Below are positions 44,608-52,966 of a stretch of 57,087 bases of DNA, piece by piece; the stretch's first letter is position 1; the number at the start of each line of letters is the position of its first letter. The position numbers and the translations under genes are program-made. A model generated the notes under the pieces. The model was not told the DNA's origin and searched no databases. It saw only the letters and a program-made list of their open reading frames with translations. This DNA is from a virus (lineage: Duplodnaviria; Heunggongvirae; Uroviricota; Caudoviricetes): positions 1-57,087 of the IMG/VR virus record IMGVR_UViG_2561511241_000005; one strand, written 5' to 3'.

Positions 44608-45312
44608 ATGCGCAATATACCTACAGAGATGATTATTGATTCCGTGGACGCTGGTGTGGGCGCGGTGATTGACTTGTTCGAACTGGACTTGTCGCCCCTG
44701 GGTGGCGAGGTTATCCGCTTCCATTCCGGCGCGAATGGCTATTACGGCCCGGTTATCTGGAAGGGGGTAGCTTACAACAGCTACCCGATCGAGGCCACTG
44801 GCTTCGAAATGAAAAACGAAGGCGTTTATTCTCGGCCTCAAATGGTTGTAGCCAATATCGGCGGACTCATTACTGGGATGAATAACGATTTCAACGACCT
44901 AAGAGGCATGAAGGTTACACGCCGCCAGGTGGAAGTAAAATACCTGGACGCTGTTAACTTCCCTAACGGCAATCCAGATGCAGATCCATCTATTGAGGCT
45001 GTATCTTTTTACGTCGTTGAAGCAATGAGCGAGGAAACAGCGGATCAGGTGCAATATGAGCTGTCAACTCCAATTGATGCTGACAAGGCCGTTATCCCTG
45101 GGCGCACCATCCTTGCTGACGTTTGCCAGTGGCAATACAGAGGCGACGGTTGTATGTACGCTGGCGGACCAGTAGCAAACGATAAAGACGAGCCGACAAG
45201 CGATCCTAAAGCCGACAGATGCAGCCACCGCTTGAGCGGTTGTCGTTTACGTTTCCCGCGTCCAAATCCGTTACCAATTTCCTGTTTCCCTGGTTCCAGC
45301 AAGGTAGGTTAA
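44608..45312 (+). CDS. Minor tail protein L (lambda gpL-like)
   Basis: 234 aa; conserved CQWQYRGDGCMY cysteine cluster as in lambda L. Confidence 0.85.
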   Translation: MRNIPTEMIIDSVDAGVGAVIDLFELDLSPLGGEVIRFHSGANGYYGPVIWKGVAYNSYPIEATGFEMKNEGVYSRPQMVVANIGGLITGMNNDFNDLRGMKVTRRQVEVKYLDAVNFPNGNPDADPSIEAVSFYVVEAMSEETADQVQYELSTPIDADKAVIPGRTILADVCQWQYRGDGCMYAGGPVANDKDEPTSDPKADRCSHRLSGCRLRFPRPNPLPISCFPGSSKVG

Positions 45313-45314
45313 TC

Positions 45315-46046
45315 ATGGTAATGGAAGACAAAATGTTGCGTTATGCCGCCGCGCATCCGTTTGAAGAAGTTTGCGGACTGGTGATAGATAACGAATATTT
45401 TTACCCTTGCGCTAACGTGTCTGAAACGCCATACAACAGCTTTAAAATTTCGCCTGACGATTACATCAAAGCTGACGAATTGGGCGTTATAACCGCCGTT
45501 TTTCACTCTCACGTTAATGATATTCCTGTATTGTCGGCACGGGATCGACAACAGCAAGTTATTTCAGGGCTACCCTGGATTTTGTATTCAGGCGGCAAGA
45601 TAAGGAAATTCCGTCCGGTAGCGCACCTGTTAGGCAGAAAATTTGAGCACGGAAAAACAGACTGCTACGCGCTTTTCCGCGACGCCTATCACCTTTGCGG
45701 CGTGGATCTGCCTGACTTCGAGCGCCTTGATGGGTGGTGGTTGCGTGGTGAAAACCTGTATTTAAAAAACTTGCCGCTAAACGGGTTTTATCAGGTTGAC
45801 GCGCGAAGCATCAAGCCAGGTGACGTAATAATCAGGCAGCCGTTCAAAGGTGCTGACCCATGCCACGCGATGATTTACCTGGGCGATAACACTGTTTTGC
45901 ATCATGACAATGCCGGACTGCTAAGCCGCCGCGAGCAAATGCGCCCCGCTTATGTTCGACAAACGAATTCAATATGGAGATCTGATAAATGCTCAAATTT
46001 AGATTTACGGGCAATCTTCGAAGATATTACAGCAAAGTGTGTTTAA
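45315..46046 (+). CDS. Tail assembly protein K (JAB/MPN plus NlpC/P60-like)
   Basis: ATG 45315; HSHVNDIPVLSARD JAMM motif; followed by overlapping I-like gene. Confidence 0.85.
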   Translation: MVMEDKMLRYAAAHPFEEVCGLVIDNEYFYPCANVSETPYNSFKISPDDYIKADELGVITAVFHSHVNDIPVLSARDRQQQVISGLPWILYSGGKIRKFRPVAHLLGRKFEHGKTDCYALFRDAYHLCGVDLPDFERLDGWWLRGENLYLKNLPLNGFYQVDARSIKPGDVIIRQPFKGADPCHAMIYLGDNTVLHHDNAGLLSRREQMRPAYVRQTNSIWRSDKCSNLDLRAIFEDITAKCV

Positions 46047-46519
46047 ACGTTGAAACGCCAGCGCAAGGACTTCGCTTATTGACCTCACAGAATCAGGAAT
46101 TCAAGAAGGCGTTTTTAAATACCCCATTGCGCTTGCGAATTGCCGGAAAAGATTATGACGAAAAGACCGCGCCCGCAGCGGTTAACAGTAAATACCCTGA
46201 CGGGACTACTGTCATTGTTGCGCCAGTGGTGGAAGGCGGTATTGCAGGAATTGGCGTTGTAGGCTGGATTTTGATCGGTGTTTCGGTTGTTAGCGTTGCG
46301 TTCTCGATCTTTATGTCTCGCAACATGAAGATAAAAACATCAGCAGAAAGCGCACAAGATAACACCATATCTAATAACACCTACACCAGCGTTGAAAACA
46401 AGGTAGGCCAGGGTAGACCAGTGCCGATCCTATTGGGTGAAATGAAAATAGGTTCAAACGTCGGATCGTTAGGCATAGACACAAGTAATAACAAAGACGC
46501 CTTAGACGTTGTAAGTTAA
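45989..46519 (+). CDS. Tail assembly protein I (lambda gpI-like)
   Basis: 176 aa; RIAGKD and QGRPVPILLGEMKIGS resemble lambda I; overlaps K as in lambda. Confidence 0.8.
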   Translation: MLKFRFTGNLRRYYSKVCLNVETPAQGLRLLTSQNQEFKKAFLNTPLRLRIAGKDYDEKTAPAAVNSKYPDGTTVIVAPVVEGGIAGIGVVGWILIGVSVVSVAFSIFMSRNMKIKTSAESAQDNTISNNTYTSVENKVGQGRPVPILLGEMKIGSNVGSLGIDTSNNKDALDVVS

Positions 46520-46533
46520 CAGGAGAAAAGGCC

Positions 46534-49500
46534 ATGAGTAGCGGCGGCGGCAAAGCCAAAACACCAACATTATTAAACGATAACCTGTATCATAAACAGT
46601 TTTATCGTGTTTTAGACATTCTCAGCGAGGGGCCGATATACGGCCCGGTAAACCAGAAAGCGCCATTAAACAGCGTAATGCTTAATGACACACCTGTAAC
46701 TGACGCGAACGGAAATACATCAATCCCGGGGATTAGTATAGCCTGGCGCAATGGCACGGCTGACCAATCGCCGATTAATGGTTTTAACGCTATCGAATCA
46801 ACAGTTATTGTCAACGCAAAGGTAACTCACGATACGCCAATAATCAGGACTGTTTCAGATCCAAACGTTAACCGCGTAAGGCTGAATGTTGGCGTTGATG
46901 CTCTCGTTCAGTCAGATGATAAGGGCAATCAATATAACACGTCAGTCATGTTAATGGTTGATGTTAAGCCATCATCATCATCTACGTGGTCGCTGGTTAA
47001 AAACATTACAATCGGGCCTGGTAAACAGAGTGGTGAATACCTTGAAGCTCACGTTATCAACGCGCCGGATGAAAAGCCGTTTGATATTCGCGTTCGTCGC
47101 GTAACGCCAGACAGCAAAAGCGATCTTCTTCGTAATGATACGCGGTGGAGCAGTTACAGCGAGATAATCGACGATAACCTGTCTTACCCTCATACCGCTG
47201 TAGCTGGCGCGGTAATTGACCATGACCAGTATACTGATACTCCTACCCGCACCTATCACCTGCGTGGGCTGATTGTTGATGTGCCGGACAACTATAACCC
47301 TGAAACGCGCGCGTATTCCGGTTTATGGCTTGGTGGCTTTAAAAAAGCGTATACCAATAACCCTGCATGGCTTTTCCGGTATCTGGTTAAAAATGAACGT
47401 TTCGGACTTGCTCGCCACGCTGGTTACATTGACGTTGACGACGGCGCATTATATACGCTTTCTCAATACTGTGACCAGTTGGTTGATGATGGCTACGGTG
47501 GCCTTGAGCCTCGCATGACGCTTAACGCTTACATCACAGAGCAAATGAGCGCACGCGACTTACTGGACAATATCGCCGGGATGTTCAGGGGTATCGCATT
47601 ATGGGACGGGCAACGCCTTACCGTGATGATTGATGCACCACAAGACCCGATCGCCACCATTACAAATGCAAACGTCGTTGATGGCGAGTTTACTCGTTCA
47701 AGTATCGCCCGCGCAGAATGCTACAACGCAGTGATCGTATCATGGACTGACCCGGAAAACGGATGGGAGCAATCAAAAGAGTATGTGGCAGACGATGAGC
47801 TGATCGCCCGTGATGGTTACAACGAAACCACGTTAGAGGCGTTCGGGTGCACATCACGCGGGCAAGCATACCGCGCGGGCAAGTGGCTGATAGAAACAGC
47901 AAAACGCGAGCCGTCAAAATTCACGTTTAAAATGGCCCGTGACGCGATTCACTTTACGCCAGGGGATATTATCGAGATACTCGACAATAACCGCGCAGGC
48001 GCTCGTTTAGGCGGTCGCATCGTGGCGAACAATGGCAAGGTGATAACGGTCGATAAGGTTGATTCGGAATACATCACCGCAGGCGATACCATTAGTTTGC
48101 TTGATAGTGATGGCAAATTTAAGAAACACCAGATCACCGGGGTGAGCGGAAACAAAATCACACTGGCGGCGGCCCCGTCATGGATTCGAAACGGCACTGT
48201 TTTTGCTGTATCGACTGAATCTGCAAAACCTGTTCTGTGTCGAATTATCAGCGTGGCAGAAACAGAAAATAATAGCGTGTACACCATCGAGGCCGCACAG
48301 CACGACCAAAACAAGCAAGCTGTAGTCGATGAAGGCGCAATCTTTGAGGTCAACAACGACACGCTTAATCACTTCCGCGTGCCGAACATTGAAAACCTGA
48401 AGGTGTTAAATGTTGGTTCTGAAACTGTTCAATGTCGCGCTACATGGGAAACACAGACGACAACGCATCGCCTGACCTTTGAGATCCGCGTATATAACGA
48501 CGAAGGCCGCGTGGTGGCAGCTTATGAAACAACGAATTACCGCTATGATTTTTATGGCCTCGACGCTGGCAGCTACACGCTTGGTATTCGCGGGCGTAAT
48601 GACACTGGCATGAAGGGTGCGGAAAGTATTGTGGATCTGGTTATTGGTGCGCCAGCGGCCCCGATTGGAGTCAATTGGGTTTCCGGCGTCTTCCAGGCAA
48701 CGGTATATCCGATCAGCAAAACAACCCTGACCACTGATACAGCATACGAGTTTTATTACTCAGGTGAAAACCAGATCACAGACCCATCAAAAGTAACCAC
48801 GCTGGCGCAATTCACCGGGCGCGGATACCAATGGACTTTTGGCGGCATGAACACGGGCCATAAATATTACGTTTATGTGCGCACGCGTAACGCTTTCGGT
48901 GTGTCAGACTTCGTTGAGGCATCAGGCAAACCTACAGAAAACTTCGACGAAATCAGCGACTACGTGATGAAGGATGTCATGGAGTCAGAACAGTTTAAGG
49001 ACATGATTGGCGATATTAAAGATCTTGGCGACCGTGCCGACCTTATCGAAAGCGCTACCAATGACCTTAAGACTGCTACTGACAACCTCAAAACTGCAAC
49101 TGATAACCTGACAAACATCACTGACGAATTGAGGGTTGACACGGACAACCTGACAAACATCACTGACGAATTGAGGACTGATACGGACGGCCTAATCACA
49201 GAAACTGGGGCCATAAAAGCTGACACGGACACACTGAAAAAAGAAACGGAAGATCTCTATAAAAAGGTTGAGGAAAACGCCGACGATATTGGACAGCATG
49301 AGGCAAGAATAGATTCTCTTGAGGTATCTAGCGAAAAAGTTGGCAGTGAACTGGCGCAAGCAAAAGCAAGCCTGCAAAACGCGTCATTGGCGCTTATCAA
49401 TAACTCACTTGCACAGACCAACACGCGGGTTACTCTCACCGCTCAGTACAAGAAAGGTAGGACAGAAACGAAGGCCGAAATTGACCGCATTGACAACGTT

Positions 49501-51576
49501 ATTGCTGAAGAGAAAAAGGCAACGGCTGAATCACTGAAAACCATCACGGCAGAAATGAACACGATGGATTCTAACCTCAAAGGTCAGATCTCAAACGTGG
49601 AACACGCAGTGGCTGACGAGGCCAGCGCCCGCGCTGAAGCCATTAACGGTGTGAATGCTTCAATAGGCAATCTCGACAAGAAAACCGACGCCAGCATCAA
49701 TAGACTTGATCAAGCTATTGCAGACGAAACGAACGCCCGCACACAGGCAGTCAGTGACGTTAACGCGAGTATCTCATCGCTCGACAAGAAAACAGACGCC
49801 AGCGTTAAACGCTTGGATCAAGCAATAGCAGACGAAACCAGTGCAAGAACTGAAGCTATCAGCAGTGTTAACGCCTCAATAAACAGCATTGACACTAAGG
49901 TTACAAGCAACGTAACACGTATTGATAAAGCCATCGCAGACGAAACGAAGGCACGCACAGACGCGATCAGCGGCGTCAAAGCAAGTATTGACACACTTGA
50001 AGGTAACACCAATTCAGAAGTTAAACGCCTGGACCAGGCAATTTCTGACGAGGCCAGCGCACGCAGCCAGGCGGTGAGCGATGTTAAAGCGTCAATAAGC
50101 AATCTTGAAAGCAAAACTGACGCAAGTGTTTCCCGTCTCGACAAGGCTATCGCTGACGAAACACAGGCAAGAAGCGCTGCAATAACAGATGTTAAGGCTG
50201 ATTTGACAACGCTCGAAAACAGCACAAACGCCAGCGTCAAACGACTTGATCAGGCGATTGCCGACGAATCAAGCGCACGCGCTGAAGCAATCTCAGGCAT
50301 TAACGCAGAGATCGGCAGCATTGAAAACAACGTTGACAAAAACAGCGATGATATAAATCAGACCAAAGCAAGCCTGCAAAACGCTTCGATTGCGCTTATT
50401 AATAACTCAATCGCTCAAACCAACACTCGCGTTACCCTTACGGCCCAGTACAAGAAAGGTCGCAAGGAAACAAACGCGCAGATTGATCGTATTGACAGCG
50501 TTATCGCTGAAGAGAAAAAGGCTACAGCCGAAGCAATTGGCGTGGTAAAAGCATCGATCACGGATCTCGACAAGAAAACCAACGCCAGCGTTTCACGTCT
50601 CGATAAGGCCATTGCAGACGAAACCAACGCACGCAGCGAGTCAATCAGCGGTGTTAACGCAAGCATTAACACGCTTGAAAGCAACACAGAATCAGAGGTT
50701 AGCAGACTGGACCAGGCAATTGCTGACGAGGCAAGCGCCAGAGCACAAGCCATCAGTGGCGTGAATGCGTCAATTTCAACCCTTGATGGCAAAGTTACAA
50801 GCAACGTGACCCGTATCGACAAGGCCATCGCTGACGAAACGAAGGCCCGCACTGACGCGATAAGTAGTCTTAACTCATCGCTTACCAGTACGATTAATTC
50901 GAAAGTATCTGAAGTATCCACAGCACTTTCTACGCATGAAGCATCAAGCGCGGAAAAATTCAACCAGATCTCAGCGTCTTTCGAAGCGGTAAACTCAAGC
51001 ATCACAGAATGGTCGCAGACCATGACAACGGCGGACGAGGCATTATCAACCAAAATTGATCAGCTGACAGTGACCGTTAACGGGAACACCACGGCGATCG
51101 AGACAACATCTAAAGCGTTAACCGACTTCAAAGGTAACGTTGATGCGTCATTGTCAATCAAGATTGCCACCGACAACAACGGCATGAAATACGCAACAGG
51201 TATGTCACTTGGCCTGACTGGTAGCGGTACTAACGTTCAATCGCAGTGTATTTTCCTTGTTGACCGCTTCGTGTTAATGACTGCGGCAAACGGCACATAT
51301 ACAACGCCTTTCTATGTGTCTAATGGTGCAATGTATGTGAAAGAAGCGTTTATTAAAGACGCCTCGATCACTAACGCGAAAATAGGTTCATACATCCAGT
51401 CAAATAACTATGTTTCCGGCAGCACTGGCTGGAAACTGGATAAATCAGGGACGTTTGAAAACTATGGCGCGGTAAGTGGCGAAGGTGCAATGAAATTAAC
51501 TAATACCACTATCTCGGTAAAAGACGGCAACGGGCGTTTACGCGTACAAATTGGTAGGATTACAGGATCATGGTAG
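46534..51576 (+). CDS. Central tail fibre / host specificity protein J-like with long repetitive coiled-coil insertion
   Basis: 1680 aa; N-terminal 800 aa align with lambda J (LSEGPIYGPV, FGCTSRGQAYRAGKWL); internal 36-aa repeats. Confidence 0.9.
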   Translation: MSSGGGKAKTPTLLNDNLYHKQFYRVLDILSEGPIYGPVNQKAPLNSVMLNDTPVTDANGNTSIPGISIAWRNGTADQSPINGFNAIESTVIVNAKVTHDTPIIRTVSDPNVNRVRLNVGVDALVQSDDKGNQYNTSVMLMVDVKPSSSSTWSLVKNITIGPGKQSGEYLEAHVINAPDEKPFDIRVRRVTPDSKSDLLRNDTRWSSYSEIIDDNLSYPHTAVAGAVIDHDQYTDTPTRTYHLRGLIVDVPDNYNPETRAYSGLWLGGFKKAYTNNPAWLFRYLVKNERFGLARHAGYIDVDDGALYTLSQYCDQLVDDGYGGLEPRMTLNAYITEQMSARDLLDNIAGMFRGIALWDGQRLTVMIDAPQDPIATITNANVVDGEFTRSSIARAECYNAVIVSWTDPENGWEQSKEYVADDELIARDGYNETTLEAFGCTSRGQAYRAGKWLIETAKREPSKFTFKMARDAIHFTPGDIIEILDNNRAGARLGGRIVANNGKVITVDKVDSEYITAGDTISLLDSDGKFKKHQITGVSGNKITLAAAPSWIRNGTVFAVSTESAKPVLCRIISVAETENNSVYTIEAAQHDQNKQAVVDEGAIFEVNNDTLNHFRVPNIENLKVLNVGSETVQCRATWETQTTTHRLTFEIRVYNDEGRVVAAYETTNYRYDFYGLDAGSYTLGIRGRNDTGMKGAESIVDLVIGAPAAPIGVNWVSGVFQATVYPISKTTLTTDTAYEFYYSGENQITDPSKVTTLAQFTGRGYQWTFGGMNTGHKYYVYVRTRNAFGVSDFVEASGKPTENFDEISDYVMKDVMESEQFKDMIGDIKDLGDRADLIESATNDLKTATDNLKTATDNLTNITDELRVDTDNLTNITDELRTDTDGLITETGAIKADTDTLKKETEDLYKKVEENADDIGQHEARIDSLEVSSEKVGSELAQAKASLQNASLALINNSLAQTNTRVTLTAQYKKGRTETKAEIDRIDNVIAEEKKATAESLKTITAEMNTMDSNLKGQISNVEHAVADEASARAEAINGVNASIGNLDKKTDASINRLDQAIADETNARTQAVSDVNASISSLDKKTDASVKRLDQAIADETSARTEAISSVNASINSIDTKVTSNVTRIDKAIADETKARTDAISGVKASIDTLEGNTNSEVKRLDQAISDEASARSQAVSDVKASISNLESKTDASVSRLDKAIADETQARSAAITDVKADLTTLENSTNASVKRLDQAIADESSARAEAISGINAEIGSIENNVDKNSDDINQTKASLQNASIALINNSIAQTNTRVTLTAQYKKGRKETNAQIDRIDSVIAEEKKATAEAIGVVKASITDLDKKTNASVSRLDKAIADETNARSESISGVNASINTLESNTESEVSRLDQAIADEASARAQAISGVNASISTLDGKVTSNVTRIDKAIADETKARTDAISSLNSSLTSTINSKVSEVSTALSTHEASSAEKFNQISASFEAVNSSITEWSQTMTTADEALSTKIDQLTVTVNGNTTAIETTSKALTDFKGNVDASLSIKIATDNNGMKYATGMSLGLTGSGTNVQSQCIFLVDRFVLMTAANGTYTTPFYVSNGAMYVKEAFIKDASITNAKIGSYIQSNNYVSGSTGWKLDKSGTFENYGAVSGEGAMKLTNTTISVKDGNGRLRVQIGRITGSW
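49105..49188 (+). repeat. 42-bp perfect-to-near-perfect tandem duplication inside J
   Basis: aacctgacaaacatcactgacgaattgagg(g/a)(t/c)tga(c/t)acggac twice. Confidence 0.8.
49577..50890 (+). repeat. Array of about 11 in-frame 108-bp (36-aa) repeats plus a duplicated 170-bp block (49363-49533 and 50364-50532)
   Basis: Repeated LDKKTDASVxRLDQAIADETxARxxAISxVNASIxx units visible in translation and DNA. Confidence 0.8.
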
Positions 51577-51584
51577 AATTAAGG

Positions 51585-51610
51585 GGCCGACTTGTTCGGC
51601 CTCGGTTTTT
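51585..51610 (+). terminator. Rho-independent terminator after J
   Basis: GGCCGA-cttgt-TCGGCC hairpin followed by TTTTT. Confidence 0.55.
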
Positions 51611-51627
51611 ATTAATGAGGTGTAATT

Positions 51628-51939
51628 ATGGCTACTTTCGGCATTGCAACATGGGACGCCAACGGAAACGCTAATAACTATGGGATCAAACCTTCCGTCG
51701 TGGTTGGTTATATTTCCCTATCTTCCGGGCAAGTGTCCGGCACGTATAATTTTACAGTTCCTACAGGATGTAAATTATCTTATGCCATGACGCTTGATCA
51801 TGGCACAACATCAACGACGCGCAGAAAGATCAGCATTTCAGGTGGCACCGTTTCCATTTCCTCAGCAGGGAATACAGTAGGCGCTAATATATGGCCCGCG
51901 TCACAGTGTGAAATTGTTATATTTGCGGAGGTGGCTTAA
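51628..51939 (+). CDS. hypothetical protein, single copy of MATFG domain
   Basis: 103 aa; N-terminus MATFGIATWDANGNAN. Confidence 0.5.
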   Translation: MATFGIATWDANGNANNYGIKPSVVVGYISLSSGQVSGTYNFTVPTGCKLSYAMTLDHGTTSTTRRKISISGGTVSISSAGNTVGANIWPASQCEIVIFAEVA

Positions 51940-52571
51940 TGGCAACTTTTGGCGCTTATCTGCTTTTAAGTAACGGCAATGTATTTGTCACGCCCGACGC
52001 TACGCCTATGTGCCTTTACACAAGACAGCAAATATCTTGTCCATCAACGCAAAACACATCAAAATACATTACAGTCCCAACAAATAAGCCTGTAATGGTA
52101 TTTGTAAAGACAAGTATAGGCGGTGTTACAGCAAGCGTTAGCAGGGCTAACTCTGGACAAATACTTTGCGCTTTTGGTAGAGATGTCAACAATACCTATA
52201 CTGCAACTGTATATGTATTTTCTATTTTTTCTCCCCCCCTCCCCAAATGGGGTATGGCTATATGGAATTCATCGGGTGAGCTTGTTTTGACAAATGAATC
52301 AAGAATATTAACTGACATCATCACGGTGGGTTCTCCGGGTAATGGAGGCGGGATAAATATAGATCAGACACTTTCAGGATCATACGCAATTTGCCCGCAA
52401 TTGTTGGGCGCGGTTGTTGGGCAAGGTTCAGCATCGATTTATGCTGCCGCATACTATAACGGCAGCAAAACAAGGATCTATGGTGTTACGGCTGGTGGCG
52501 TATATAATCCTACTGGCTACATAAACCACGGTAACGCCATAACCGCCATTAAAACCGATGCCTATGATTAA
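51939..52571 (+). CDS. hypothetical protein with two copies of the MATFG domain and internal T6/C7/C4 homopolymer tracts
   Basis: 210 aa; MATFGAYLLLSNGN... and internal ...WGMAIWNSSGEL...; poly-C at 52231-52244. Confidence 0.5.
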   Translation: MATFGAYLLLSNGNVFVTPDATPMCLYTRQQISCPSTQNTSKYITVPTNKPVMVFVKTSIGGVTASVSRANSGQILCAFGRDVNNTYTATVYVFSIFSPPLPKWGMAIWNSSGELVLTNESRILTDIITVGSPGNGGGINIDQTLSGSYAICPQLLGAVVGQGSASIYAAAYYNGSKTRIYGVTAGGVYNPTGYINHGNAITAIKTDAYD

Positions 52572-52807
52572 TTCAGTTCCGGGCAATCCGTTTTATTGAA
52601 GTGGTCAACGCTTACCCATTGGAAGTTAAACGGATACCCGGCCTTAACCATTTTATGACCGCCAACATCCGCGACACCGAAGACTGCAACCGCATACTCA
52701 TTACCGCCAGTTTGATAAGTTGCCATGCATTCACGTTTCGGCATATCAGCGCAACCAACCAGACCAGCGACCATTGCAGCGATAGCGATATTTTTAAAGC
52801 CTTTCAT
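52568..52807 (-). CDS. Small lipoprotein (possible Cor-like superinfection exclusion protein)
   Basis: ATG 52805-52807 with GGAGGG RBS; signal peptide MKGFKNIAIAAMVAGLVGC with lipobox; opposite strand between J and tail fibre. Confidence 0.55.
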   Translation of the reverse strand: MKGFKNIAIAAMVAGLVGCADMPKRECMATYQTGGNEYAVAVFGVADVGGHKMVKAGYPFNFQWVSVDHFNKTDCPELN

Positions 52808-52966
52808 TGTCTTACCCTCCATTGTTAAGTTGGTTGTAGTATCCATAAACAGCTTTTTAACAACATTGACATAAATCAATAAATACATTTTGTGCGCGTC
52901 AAAAATGTAACATAGATCACAAAATGGTAGAATTATTCCGTTAATTAACATAATGGAGTCATTGCG

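Noticed and set aside
49363-50532. Possible diversity-generating retroelement (template/variable repeat pair in a tail fibre)
   Set aside because: No reverse transcriptase gene anywhere in the window and the duplicated blocks are both inside the same ORF.
49000-50900. Possible CRISPR array (regular repeats)
   Set aside because: Repeats are in-frame coding repeats of the J protein with a 108-bp period, no unique spacers, no leader and no cas genes.
49818-51053. Two long minus-strand ORFs (140 and 212 aa) in the J repeat region
   Set aside because: Generated by the periodic coding repeats of J on the other strand; highly repetitive Ala/Ser/Leu translation and no start context.
51568-51584. 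ATGGTAGAATTA 12-mer shared between the end of J and the tail-fibre upstream region (52921-52932)
   Set aside because: Could mark a recombination junction, but a single short match is within chance expectation for a 57-kb AT-rich sequence; kept only as a note.
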